Of a stretch of 64,000 nt of DNA, positions 34,429 through 49,076 are shown piece by piece; within the stretch, counting starts at the first letter, position 1; every line of letters starts with the position of its first letter. Where the stretch lies: contig CP086569.2 of the NCBI GenBank assembly GCA_009914755.4, forward strand, positions 62,272,001 to 62,336,000. Reading direction: 5' to 3'. The notes beneath the pieces were generated by a model. That model was not told where the DNA came from. It saw only the letters and a program-made list of their open reading frames with translations, and made no database searches. A program made the translations under genes and the position numbers. This stretch comes from the human T2T-CHM13v2.0 reference genome, Homo sapiens.

Positions 34429-36691
34429 GTAAATGGAGTGGGGTGCGCCCTGCGGGAGGCGGGGAGAGAACTGCGGAGGGAGGGCGGAGGTGTCGATGGA
34501 AAGGTGCTGGGGTGGAGCGAGGAGGCAGTGCAGGGGTGACTTGGGCTTCTCTGGTGTCGACAGTTCCAGTTGTCGGGCAGGACCAGTTTTGGCGAGGTGC
34601 GTCTTATGCCACTGGAAAGGCCTCGAGTTAAAGAGTGTCAGAATGCGTCACTTAAGCTGTCATTACAGGAGGGAAAAAATGTTAACTTTCTCTCAGTTTG
34701 TATTCTACAAGACCTTTCTGTAGCATTTAAATCTCTTGAGATCGCCAGAGTCTTCTAAAAACTCTCTACGTCCTTGTTCGATGACGTCACTTTCTGCTTC
34801 ACCTTCTACTTCTGGCTGTTTATGCTCCTTCGTGGGTTCCTAGCCCCTTATTCGCCCTTCCTCCACTGCTCAGTATTGACAGTCCCCTTCTTCCTCTGTT
34901 CAGGGACTGTATTTCTGCCTAGACCCGTTTCCTCAGCTTCAGACCTGTTTGGTGTTTTTATTAATGGCCAATGTTTATCAAATTCTGACTGCGTACTTTG
35001 GTAAATGCTTTACATCTCCGTCTCCCATAACTCTCACAACCAACCAACTGTCTTCATTTGGCCTCATTAATTGCTTTCAACTACCTGTATCTCCATTATC
35101 CCTCCCTTGATCCCAGAGGATACAGTCATGTTTAGGATATTAATTCCCTTTGAATACCTGTGGCTGAGAGCAGATCCATTCATACATTTAACAAATATTT
35201 ATTGAACGGCTGGTATATGCTTGACACTCTTTTAAGTGCAGGGGATACAGCTGTAAACAAGACTTAGGAGGTTGCTACTCTCAGGAACTTACATGTTTGT
35301 GTCTAGAGGGGAAAACAGGAATAATCAGGATTATGTTATATATTGGTTAATGCAAAATAAAACAGGTGGTTGACTTGAAAGGATGGGATCCTATCCTAAG
35401 AAAGTCAGAGGTCAGGGCATCGTCCAGAAAGAATAGTTGTAATACCAACAGGAATAATCTTGATCTGTAACATGACTTTTCGTAAACACCTCTTCTTTTC
35501 CCCTGTCTAAGCAGTGTTTATTCTTCATTCTTCTATCTCCTCCAAGGTTATTGCATCAGAATTCATGGTTTATCTGTAGTTGGTTTATTCCTTCTAAGAC
35601 CCAGAGAGAAGAGTGGGGGATTGGATTACTATTAGCTCAACTGCTTTATCTTACTTAGAAAGATAGTTTGGTTGTGAAAATATTATTCTTACCAGGTCCT
35701 TCTGAATATAAAGTTATCTACCATTTATAGTATATTTTAAAACCAAAATATGCTCAATGTTCACTCATTTATTCAACAGATATTTGAGGGAATATTAGAT
35801 GGTAGGCACTGTGCTGAGCACTGGGAAAATAGGGTAAAATAGACACTTTGACCTCTCTTCCAAGGAGAAATAATCCTAACAGTATACTGAGGAAATTTCT
35901 AAGGCATAGGCTGACACCTGCATTCCTGTTCTTCATCCGAGGTGAGATCATCACAAAACATTAAGACATTTCCTGAGCAATTGCGGACATTCTTAGATTA
36001 TTCACTTATTATACTTTATTGCATTTATTTATATCTGTCTTCCCCATTGTTCTATGGCTCCCTCAAGTATAGGAGTCCCTTCTTCCTTAACTTTATACCT
36101 CTAGTGTCTACTTTGACTGTCATATAGTAACCCACCAGTATATACGTGTTGAACTGAAATAGACTCCCTATTTGATCAAATTTAAATGACATGATTTATA
36201 CAAGGCCTTCTTTATGTAAGGCCATCAGCCGTATTCCTCAACCTTCTCATTCACCAAAGGTGGACCATTCCATCTTATCAGGCTAGCTTATGTACCTTCT
36301 TTACCTTGCTCTCAGTGCCTTCTCTTCTTCCATCCATCCCTCCTAAAAGGATCTCCCATCTCTTCCCAAGCACCTTGTGTACCTCCCTCCATTAATTTGG
36401 TGGGCCAGTTAATTTAATAATCTGCTCATGATACAGGGGTGGAAAAAAATTAATTTCCTTTTTATATTTCCTATGAAACATTCTGCCAATGAACTCTTGC
36501 AAGAATTAATGTAATAGATCCTACTGCAATAATATAATGATACAGAATACTTTTTAAAGATTTTGCATTGACTATCACCATGTGCTATGTAATGAGTTAA
36601 TTCTACTACTTTATTTGAACAGTTGTATAACCTCTGTTCACACAGCATGTTTTGGTATCATTTGGTTTCTACTTGGTAGAAACACATCTTT

Positions 36692-36992
<301 letters not shown>

Positions 36993-37108
36993 AAGAAACA
37001 CATCTTTGAGTATTACTTTCTCAGCCTGAGGTAATTTAAGTGGTAATGTTATTCTGCCACATTGTCATTTTCAGGATGTCAGATAAAAGCCTCAAGTATT
37101 AAAATTAA

Positions 37109-37489
<381 letters not shown>

Positions 37490-38403
37490 TAAAAACAACA
37501 GCAGTACAAGAGTGCTTGAGTCATGACTGTCGTGAATTTAGGATGTGCCAACCTAAGATCAGCCAGATACTTCTAAGATGTAAACATTAAGCATTGTTAT
37601 TTTAGGTGATTTATTGACACCTATTTCTTTATAGACAGGAATGCAAGTGCAGCACTGAATTGTGTGCCATTGCTCGTTTATAAGATACACATGTAGATGA
37701 TCCAGAATATTCTTATACATTTTTCAGTGTTATCAAAATACAAATGCAGAATTAAAAGATTTCTCAAAACACATGGACTTGGCCTTTCCCCTTACTCAGT
37801 TACCTGAAACTGTCTTCAGCCTCTACTTGAAGATGCTTCTGCTGAGGAGGAGCATTTTCATCATTGCTGTTCTATGTTATTACCAAATTTTTTAATACAG
37901 GCAATTTCTTACTTACAAATGGATATATTCTAAAAGTACTGTTGTAAGCTTATTGTTTGGAACGCTGGATGCATTTCCTTCTATAAATAATGCTATCCAT
38001 GACATTTACACTGTTATGCCAACCAGTATCATTTTATTAACTTTTAATTTAGTGGACTCGAAGACCTTCCCCACAATTTACAATAATTCCTCTATTAAAA
38101 AACTGCATTTATAATTCTCATTTGAATTCCCTTATAGCATATCTTTTTTTAGAAACCCAACAACTAGAACAAAAATATCCTTTCTTTAGTCCCTTAACAT
38201 AGTAAAAACAGGCTTTTCTAACTCCAAACTGTTGTGGGTGACCCTTCTAGCCCTTAGCTCTAAGGACAGTCCTCCAATATGAGCAAGGAAAACGAAGGGA
38301 CAGAGGTTTTAGAGAGGGAGGCAAGTTGGGTGATATGAGTATCTGGAAAGGGAAGGGTAGGATTTATTTGGGATGAACAGTGAGTTTCTAAAATGGAAGT
38401 TTG

Positions 38404-38453
38404 CATTGCTTGTCAGCCTTTTGGCTAAGATCAGGTGTAGTATCAGTTTAAAA
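38404..38453 (+). pseudogene. Truncated U2 snRNA-derived fragment (5' end, about 50 nt, with a 10-nt internal deletion)
   Basis: attgcttgtcagccttttggctaagatcaggtgtagtatc-agtttaaaat vs U2 5' end atcgcttctcggccttttggctaagatcaagtgtagtatctgttcttatcagtttaatat. Confidence 0.55.
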
Positions 38454-38460
38454 TGGGGGT

Positions 38461-38950
38461 TTGTTGTGGGTTGAATTGTGTCCTCCAGAAAGCTGTGTTG
38501 AAGTTCTAACCCGTGGTACCTGTGAATGGGATCTTATTTAGAAATAGGATCTTTGCAGATGTAATTAAGATGTAATTGAAAATGGGGTCATACTGGAGTA
38601 GAGTGGGCCCTTTATCCAATATGACTGGCATCCATATAAAAGAAGAGAGACAGAGAGAATGCAGTGTGAAGACACAGATACAGAGAACACCATGTGACTA
38701 CAGAGGTAAAGATTGAAGTGCTGCACCTCCAAGCCAAGGAACACCAAGGATTGCCACCAAACTATCAGAAGCTAGAAAGAGATAAGGAAAGATTCTCTTC
38801 TACAGGTTTCAGAGGGAGCATAACCCTGCCAACATCTTGATTTTGGACTTTTAACCCTCAGAACTGGTAGGCGATACATTTCTGTTGTTTTAAGCAACCA
38901 AGTTTTTGGTACTTTATTACTGCAGCTACAAGAAACTAATACAGGATTCT
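38461..38950 (+). mobile_element. MaLR LTR of MLT1 type
   Basis: …ggttgaattgtgtcc…gttgaagttctaacc…gtacctgtgaatgggatcttatttagaaataggatctttgcagatgtaattaag… …ttttggacttttaaccctcagaactg…ataaatttctgttgttttaagcaaccaagtttttggtactttatt…. Confidence 0.65.
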
Positions 38951-40510
38951 TAGCAGGAATAAAGTAGAATTGGGATGGTGGCTGTGGGACCAAGTGGGGA
39001 GTGAATAGGAGAACAAAGAGGAACAGTGTTGATATGGGGCTTTCCTTTATGTTGCATTATCTTTTTTTCTTCCCTTCTCTCTCTGGCTTATCTTTTCATT
39101 CTTTTTCTTCTTGGATCTTATCTTTATATAGCACTTTATGGTTTATTAGGCATTTACATACTGCTAATAATTAGCAGAGCCAGGTTTTCTAACTTCAAGT
39201 GCAGTGTTCATTGTGCCACAATTGTTTCTGTTATCCCAATACTCATCAAGACGTTATGGATTCTATTACAAGACACTTACAATGGGGGCAGGTAAGACTT
39301 CATAGGTGGGATTTTTAGCAGTATAGCAGAGAGGAAGGAATTCCTATTAGTGACATCTGGAAGGAAAGTAAAGTTTCTGTTGCTATGTACCCACTGTTTA
39401 ACAGTCATTTTTAAGTTGGGGACTGCTTTTATTGGAAGAAACACTACTTGCGTATAACTTATATTCATTGTTCCTAGTTATATTCTGAATAATGTGCTCC
39501 CTGTTCCAGGTGACTGTACTTTATATAAACTCAAAAACTATTGTCATGTTCCCTCTAAGTCCTCTCTTTCTCATGTTACATATCTCTAGTTCCTCCAGCC
39601 AGTCTTCAGATGACACAATCTCCATGTCTCTCACCCATATTGTATTGCCTCCCTTTTGTCTAGTCGTTAAATATTCTACCCAGAATTGAATTCAGTATTT
39701 TACATATGTTCTAACCAGCACAGAGTGTAATGGGACTAGTACTTAAACAGGTCAAGACACCCTATTTCTTAATGTACTTTGAGATTATGTAAGCATTTTT
39801 AAGCAATATCGCATACCGTTGGTTCATAATGAACTTACAGTCCACTGAAACACTAGATCTTTTTGTATTAATTGTTGCCAAGGTCAGTTTTCTTCTTGAA
39901 CCTGCACAGGGACTGAGGCTGCTGCTACTTTTTCATCTCTCTGTTCCAGGGACCATATGATTTCTTATCTCTGTTTCTCTTTGTGTTTTTGTTCCTCTCT
40001 ACTGTGTCTCTTTGACCCTAAGCAATGACCTCCTTCCTTGTTATAAAATTTCACTGATTGTTTTACAGTCTTCATTCTCTTTCTTTCCTTTCGGCTTCTG
40101 GGCCACCACACTTTTGGCTTTCCCATTTGGTCCTCCTCAGTCTTTGTGAGTCTCTATTTATCTACCTTTCCCTCAACTGTTGGTTGTGCTTTGGGTTTTA
40201 TCTTTGGCACTATTTTTTTTTTCTGTATGCAATATATCTTCAGCAAATAAATCATGTTTAAAATGGCAGATCTAACTGAGCTCATCTGGGAATAAAAGGG
40301 CACAGAATCAGTCCCGGAGGAAAGTCGACATTTAGAGGTCAGGTAGAGGAGGAAGAGTCAGCAAGAAGACAAAAAGAGCAGCCAGAGATGTAGGAGCATT
40401 TCAAGAAGGAGGGTCGGTCAGCAGTGTTGACTGTGCCTAAGAGGTCAAGTAAGGTAAGAATAGAGAAGCAACCACTGTATTTTGCAATATAGAGGCTGTT
40501 GGTGACCTTA

Positions 40511-40934
<424 letters not shown>

Positions 40935-41229
40935 GAAAAGAAACAGAACAGTAGGATCCACAGTTAGGGAGGCTTTAGGATCAAGGGAGATAAAGTATAA
41001 GACAGCAATTTGGAAACTATAACTTACTGCATATGTGTAAGGAGAATTCTAGAAAGAAGATGGTTGAGATCACAACCCTGGGGAACAACTTCAGTTAGAG
41101 AGTAGGAATGAAAAAGAGATCCCCAAAAGGCATTCAGCCCAAGAGACAGATGAGCACCTTCTGCTCTGTGTGCTGTCCTTCCATGCTGGGATTGCAATAA
41201 GGAATCTGCACATTCCTTGATCTCAAACA

Positions 41230-41460
41230 GTTTATAGTTTGCTGTTGTGTTTCACAAAGTATGTTTGTGTGAATCACCTGCATCCAGACAGACTTGTATT
41301 AAATACAGATTCCAGGGCCCTACCTCAGGCCTACGGAATCAGAATTTCAGGAAGTGATGCCAAGAGTTTGAATTTTTAGCAAATGACTCATACTCTGCCA
41401 CACAAGATGATTCGTATTCCCACTACAGTTTGAGAACCACTGGTATGTTGGGTACTGAGC
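41230..41460. mobile_element. MER5-like (hAT-Charlie) nonautonomous DNA transposon fragment
   Basis: …ctacctcaggcctacggaatcagaatttcagg…gagtttgaatttttagcaaatgactcatactctgccacac… ending …cagtttgagaaccactggta (hAT TIR gtttgagaaccactg). Confidence 0.45.
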
Positions 41461-41754
41461 ATGTTAACAAATAAGAGTAGGTTTAACAGTTAATCGAAGA
41501 CTAGACAAGGATTTGTTCATCTCTTTTTATGTTTATGCCATTAAATAAGAGAAGCTGGGCTTGTTAGGTGGGAAATAATAGCACATATTCATAGGCAGAC
41601 ATAAGGAAAATAATCTTAAACTCATGCCATATGGTTTTAGTAATGTTTTGTTTATGAAGGGTCTTACCATTCCTTTCTTGTGGAAGCTTTGAGTTATTTT
41701 CACTTTGTTTCTGTTATGGATAATGCCTTTATACTGGCAGTGTACAGTAAAAGG

Positions 41755-42000
41755 CTAAGATTATGAGCTCTAGAACCATACTGCCTAGGTTTAAATTGCA
41801 GCTCCACACTTACTAGCTCTGTAATTTGGGGGAAATTATTTAAGTCATCTGTGCTTCAGTTTTCTCATCTATAATAGAAGTATCATAATAGTGTATAATC
41901 TCATTGAGTTGTGAGGATTAAATGGATTAATAATTATAAAGTATTTAAAATGGTACCTGGCACATAGTAAACAATAAATATAGGCTATTTTTATTGTTAA
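41755..42000 (+). mobile_element. MIR SINE
   Basis: …ttaaattgcagctccacacttactagctctgtaatttgggggaaattatttaagtcatctgtgcttcagttttctcatctataatag…gaggattaaatggattaata…ggtacctggcacatagtaaacaataaatat… MIR core. Confidence 0.65.
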
Positions 42001-42187
42001 TAGTTATCTTTGTGAATCTAGAGTCTTAACTTCTGTTGAACTATTTCTCTAGGATAAATTTTCAGGATGGAATTTCTACATTAAAGAATGAAGACATCTT
42101 TATGTCCCTTTGCTATCTATAGTCATTGCTTTTCAAAAGGGTGATATCTGTTTGTGCTATAATAATTTGTAAATGCAAGCTATCAAT

Positions 42188-42210
42188 GGTGTGTGTGTGT
42201 GTGTATGTGT
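42188..42210. repeat. (GT)n microsatellite
   Basis: gtgtgtgtgtgtgtgtatgtgt read directly. Confidence 0.9.
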
Positions 42211-42447
42211 TTTGTATGTCTCTTTATATGAATGCATACAAGCATGGCTTAGGTTGTAAGTTTGTAGAAAACTTTGACCTTCTTTTTAAGCCTGCTCTTA
42301 AGTCTGTTGTTAAGTTTCATGTTATAGTGCCTCGTTAGATACTATCTCCAGGTAGTATGTTGATAAATGATAGTAAGTTACCTTTGAAAGATTATGTCAA
42401 AGAAATATTCTAAATCTGTGTCTTTTTCCTTTTGATAGACTGAAGCC

Positions 42448-42593
42448 ATGGCGATTCTTTTTGCTGTTGTTGCCAGGGGGACCACTATCCTTGCCAAACA
42501 TGCTTGGTGTGGAGGAAACTTCCTGGAGGTGACAGAGCAGATTCTGGCTAAGATACCTTCTGAAAATAACAAACTAACGTACTCACATGGCAA
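42448..42593 (+). CDS. VAMP7: VAMP7 (TI-VAMP/SYBL1) coding part of exon 2, which spans 42439-42593 including 9 nt of 5'UTR; codons 1-48 plus 2 nt; start codon in strong Kozak context gccATGg
   Basis: Acceptor ttttgatag|ac at 42438/42439, donor caa|gtgagt at 42593/42594; translation MAILFAVVARGTTILAKHAWCGGNFLEVTEQILAKIPSENNKLTYSHG, the VAMP7 longin-domain N-terminus as I recall it. Confidence 0.92.
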
Positions 42594-43329
42594 GTGAGTT
42601 CTGTTCTGCATGTGGTAAGGGATGAAAGAAGGGAATTCTGTTACTCTAATCAGAACGGTAGAAAAGTAGAAAACAAGCTTCTAGGTACATAATTTGAATA
42701 AGCTGACAGAATAGTAACCTTCACCAACTTAGAAAATATATCTGGTTTTGTTACTTATAAATTTAACTTGTAATTATTTTATTCTATTATTGAAGTGATA
42801 TTTTATTTTGAAGAAAGATGGAAATGTTAAATGTAAAAATGACTTTGCTCTAGAGCTGTGTGATATGTGAAATAATTCAGATAAGATAGATAATGTTCCT
42901 TTGTTCATTCTTTCAGTAAATATTTACTGAGCACTTAACTATTGCCAGGCACTTTGCTTGGTGCTCGGGATATAACAAGATATGTGGTATTTGCCCTCAT
43001 AAGGGTTATAGTTTAATGAGGGAGAAAGTCAAATCCACGATGTCAAGGGTTGGGGGGATGGGAAGTAGTAGATAGGAGAATGGTATTCCAAGTAGAAGGA
43101 ACAGCAGGTAGAGAAGTATGGAGGCATGAGATCATAGGGCGGGCATATTTAGGGAACTGCAGACTGTTCTCTGTGACTGGTGCCCAGGATGGTGAAAATA
43201 AAGCTAGAGAGATGGGTAGAAGAAAAGTCATGTAGGGCCTTGTAGGCCATATTAAGAGCTTGGACTTTACCTTGTGGGCAGTGGAAAGGCATTGAAGGTT
43301 TTCAGCCAGGGTGTGACAGAGTCAGGTTT

Positions 43330-43641
<312 letters not shown>

Positions 43642-45708
43642 CTTCAGTCAGTTTTTGCTTTAGAAAGATCACTCTGGTGGCTTATTAGAGTGGCCATAGT
43701 TGGGAAATCTTAGTAATTAGTTTTAAAAAGTGCCTCAACCTTCCCCGTTGGCACTTAAAAATCTTTTCTTACTTAACCCAGCCTTACTTCCTTAGTTCTT
43801 ATCTCAGAATGAGGTCCTTATTACTTTCTATGGCTAACCCCTTATACAGTTTAAGGTGTACTCTAAGCTACTATGAGAGAGACCCCCAAGATACAGTATT
43901 AATTTTAATGAGATAGTCCAGAGATGAGTGGTTTGGGATGTTGGGGTGGCTCTGCCATTTCCAATTCCCTAATTCCCAAAGCAATTAGTGCTTTCCACTT
44001 CTGGCCAAGGCAGCTCCTTTGGTGCTTGTTATATCCCAGTGCTTGCCCAGTAATTTTAAAGGCAGGGCCCAGAAGTGGCCTGATATTGTTGAGAAGCTTC
44101 CACTTACATCTTACTGTTCACTACACAGTCATGTAGCTAGCATAGCTAGAAGGGAGGCCAGGAATTGTCATCTCTGGCTATGTAGTCGTAGGCTCAACTA
44201 AAACTCTGTTACTCTGGAGGAAGTTATAGGATATCAGGGGATGACTTGCAGTCTTCCAGTCTACTCTTCTGGCCACCCAGATATTTCAGTGAACCTTTCT
44301 TCCCAAACATAGAATACGCCTCTTCTCTGAGAGAGGTAGCTCCAAAGACCTATCTAGTCACTGTGTTTGGCTCCAAGTCCAGCATGTCTAGGTGGTACAC
44401 AGTCCTATCCATCAGGCCCTGGTGTGGCTCCTGTGGTCCACTGACCATAAAGTAAAAGATAAGTCATATGTTTTCCCTGCTTTCCCAGCCTAACCCAGTA
44501 GACAATGGTGAAATAAGAAAAGGATCATCACAGTGAGAGTTACAAACTCCCATTTGGAAAAGGGAAGAATGAGAAACATGTAGAAGTCATTGCTTTCCAG
44601 TAATGATCAAATAATTGCCTCACACAATTTCAAAGACTCCCTATTCTGACCAGGAAGTGGTTAGTGGTTCTGCTTTCTTGGAGGAACTCCCTCACCCTTT
44701 TTCCCTGACTCCTGGCTTTGTTCTCCAGGAAGTTTTTCCTTTCTGGCCACATCCAAAATGGTAGTTAGAGAGTATATCATCTTTGGGAATTGTACCCATT
44801 TTGTAGTCCTCTTGCTGCCAGCGTAGGTTTGTGGGCCTAGAGGATAGGGGTTAAATAATCTTAGCTTCTTATGATTTTGGCTTTATACTTTCTCTAAAAA
44901 TGTATTAGACTTACAGTCTTTGTGTTTCTAGGCAGTTCCTGGGAAAATGTCCAGGGAAAGCACATGTAGTCGTCCTTTTAGAGGCAAGACTGGGAAATAG
45001 GGCATATATCTTCCACTCATGTATTATGAGCCAGAATTTAGTCACAGCCATATGTAGCTTTAAGAGAGTATAGAATATGTAATCCAATTAAAATGCAGTT
45101 ATAGTAGAAGGAGATGTTATCTGTCTGCCATGCCTCTCTGCCTGTGTCTCTGATCTAGCTGTGTTATTTCGAGCTTTGGTACCTTTTTTTCATGCTTTTG
45201 TTATCTTCTAGGAATGCTGTTCTCCCCCTAAGCCTCCTTGTAAACTTTTGCTCACTTTACAGGTCCCAAGCGAAATACTTTCTTAATTTGTACTTTAATG
45301 CTTCTAAAAGGGCAGTTCTGATCATATTCCTTCCTTCAACAGATACTGTCTGCCCTCAAGGTAAAATTCCTTAACGGGACTTGGAATATTCTTCAAGATC
45401 TGCCCCTTTTTCCTTCTGTGGGCTCATCTTTTACTACTTTAGTCCTCAGTTTTGCTTTCCAGCCATACTTCATACTTAGCCATTTACAATTCAATGCTAG
45501 GTTCTTTCTCTCTTCCTAGCCTTTGCAATAGCTGTTACCTTTTACTGGAATATATTTATCTACTTAATTTTTTAAAAATCTCACTTTGTGTGCCTGAGCT
45601 TAGATGTTTCCTTTTCCAGAAACCCCTGAACATTAACACTGAGTCAGGCACCGCAATCAGACACTCTTTTTATGTGTCTACATAGCATCTAGTTTGTTCA
45701 TATTGTAA

Positions 45709-46049
<341 letters not shown>

Positions 46050-46449
46050 TAATTGAAATGATTGTTTATTTCTGTACCCTGACTGTAGGCTTCTTGATGG
46101 CAGGGATCATACCTTGTTACCTTTTGTGGCCTGTGCACCAAGTGACTTACAAGTCTGGTTTAGGAGAAACAAATTTTATGGGGAAAGTGATGACTTTCAT
46201 TCTGGGCATGTCATGTTTAAGCTGTCTATGGTATGTCCAGTTGGATATGTCTAGTAGACAGTAGTGTAGGTAGTCCTGGAGCTCAGGAGATAGGTCAGAT
46301 GGAGATTTGGGAATCATTGGCATAATTGTGGTAGCTGAAAACAAACTACAACAAAACATGAGAGTGCATGCTGCCCTCCAGGGAGTAAGTAAGTGTGAAA
46401 AAAGCAGGAGGCTAAGGAAGCTAGAAAACGTTAGTGTAGAGGGAAAGGG

Positions 46450-46800
46450 ACTATGATATAAACCAGGTATATTAGCCTGCTTGGGCTGCTATAACAAAAT
46501 ACCATAGACTGAGTGGCTTGAACAACAGATACTTGTTTCTCACAGTTCTGGAGACTGTGTGAGGTGCCCGCTAATTCAGTTCTTGATGAGGGCCTTCTTC
46601 CTGGCTGGCAGATGGCCACCTTCTTGCTGTGTTCTCAGGTGGTGGAAAGAGAGTGATCTTTTTCTTCCTCTTTTTTAAAGCCACTAATCCCATCACGAGG
46701 ACCCCACCCTCATGACCTCATCTAATCTTAAGTGCCTCCCAAAGGCCTTGTCTCCAAATATAGTCACACTGTAACATATGAATTTTGAAAGGACACAGTT
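46450..46800 (+). mobile_element. Ancient interspersed repeat (LTR/MaLR-like family with …ctataacaaaataccatagactg.gtggcttaaacaacag…ttctcacagttctggag… signature); a second copy of the same family lies at 62590-62800
   Basis: Two diverged copies of the same sequence family within this window; recognised as a common human repeat but family name not certain. Confidence 0.4.
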
Positions 46801-47351
46801 CAGTCTATAGCACCAGGCAAGCCTGATGTCAAGAAATCTAGTGAAGATAAAACACTTTCCAAAAGGAAGTGGTCAACACTATCATATGTTTCAGAGAGAG
46901 CCACTGGATATGGCAATGTGGAAGTCATTGGTGGAAATGGTGCAAATAGTTTTAGAGTATTGGAGGAAAAGATTTTGCCTGAGTTCCTTTATCTCCTTGT
47001 AATTCATGTCAGTCCTCTGTGAACATTAATATAATTCAACAGGTACCCCTATCTATCCACTTGCCCAAGGTACAAATGTGGGAGGCAAAATTTAGTTAAC
47101 CTGTCTCACGCCAGTCACCAAGTTCTATAAATGCTGCCTCCTATCTCTTCTCTGTCCCTTTTTCTTTATTACCCATTCTACTTTAGTTTATTTCCCTCCT
47201 CATTTCTTACCCGGTATACTGCAGTAGTCTCCTGTCTGGTCCTCCTTTGAGTCAGTTTTCCGCACTCTAGCCAATGTGTCCTTTGTTTTTTTTTTTTTTT
47301 TTTTTTTAATGTGTCCTTTTTAAAGTGCAAATCTGATCACACCCTCCCTAG

Positions 47352-48200
<849 letters not shown>

Positions 48201-48606
48201 TGAGAATTTGGTAGAAAAGATGTTTGCTTTAAGAACTTAGGAAAAAGCAAAGAAAACCATATGGCCTATTGGGGGTTAATCTTAATTACATCCTCCTCCT
48301 AAGATGTCATCTCTTGTTCATGCTTTAAGAGTCCAATTATGCTTTTGCAGCTATCGTTCTAATGGGTAATACACATGCTGTTGTGCTATGTAGCTAGAAT
48401 AGAGATCTTTTTATTTCTTATGTACTTCTATCAGTTTGACTTGAAAGAAACAGGTATATTGGGAAGGGGAAGAGGGAGAAGAGACTGTATCCGTAAGTAA
48501 TATGGTGACATTGGCAGTACTGAACGTGCTTATACATAGATAGAAGATAGAAGTAAAAGTGATGTTGCTTATAACCACAGTAAGTTTTATATCTTTTATT
48601 CTACAG

Positions 48607-48664
48607 TTATTTGTTTCATTACATCTGCCAAGACAGGATTGTATATCTTTGTATCACTGATGAT
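48607..48664 (+). CDS. VAMP7: VAMP7 exon 3 (58 nt, phase 2): …(N)YLFHYICQDRIVYLCITDD
   Basis: Acceptor ctacag|ttat at 48606/48607, donor gat|gtaagt at 48664/48665; frame continuous with exon 2. Confidence 0.92.
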
Positions 48665-48731
48665 GTAAGTAACTTGAAGACATATTGCTATTTAACTATG
48701 TGTACTGTTAATACAGCCAGTTCTTAATTAT

Positions 48732-49076
48732 CTATACCAGGGGTCCCCAACCCCCAGGCTGCAGACCGGTACAGGTCTGTGGCTTGTTAGGAACCAGGCC
48801 ACATAGCAGGAGGTGAGTGGCCTATGAGCATTACCACCTGAGTTCTGCCTCCTGTCAGATCAGCAGCAGCATTAGATTCTCATATGAGTGTGAACCCTGT
48901 TGTGAACTCTGCATCCGAGGGATCTAAATTGCATGCTCCTTAGGAGAATCTAATGCCTGATGATCTGAGGTGGAACAGTTTAATCCCGAAACCATTCACC
49001 CTCCCCCAGTCCTTGGAAAAATTGTCTTCTACAAAACCGGTCCCTGGTGCCAAAAAGGTTGGGGACTGCTGATCTG
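48732..49076. mobile_element. Nonautonomous DNA transposon (MITE, about 345 bp) with terminal inverted repeats (cag)gggtccccaacc … ggttggggactgctg; hAT-like (CAG-initiated TIR); a known human repeat family whose name I cannot assign with certainty
   Basis: Perfectly complementary about 13-15 bp termini read directly; internal sequence (…ggaaccaggccacatagcaggaggtgagtgg…cattaccacctgagttctgcctcctgtcagatcagcagcagcattagattctcat…) is a frequent genomic repeat. Confidence 0.55.

Larger units (their letters stand above)
33990..34700 (+). promoter_or_regulatory. VAMP7: Dense CpG island (about 50 CpG in 0.7 kb); best candidate for the TATA-less VAMP7 core promoter + exon 1
   Basis: CpG density; ZNF143 SBS-like motif 34176-34202, inverted CCAAT (ccattgg) 34258-34264, ETS/GABP site gcggaagt 34313-34320, consensus donor acag|gtaaat at 34428/34429, 8 kb upstream of the ATG exon. 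Confidence 0.65.

Noticed and set aside
34311-34723. ORFs 34311-34631 (106 aa) and 34433-34723 (96 aa) in the CpG island
   Set aside because: Gly/Arg/Ala-rich translations typical of CpG-island DNA; region is better explained as promoter or 5'UTR exon 1 of VAMP7 with a donor at 34428
42895-43325. Ancient mammalian-wide repeat-like segment (…tatttactgagcacttaactattgccaggcactttgcttggtgctcggg… …catgtagggccttgtaggccat…) just downstream of VAMP7 exon 2
   Set aside because: Recognisable as an old interspersed repeat but I cannot assign the family confidently; not listed as a feature
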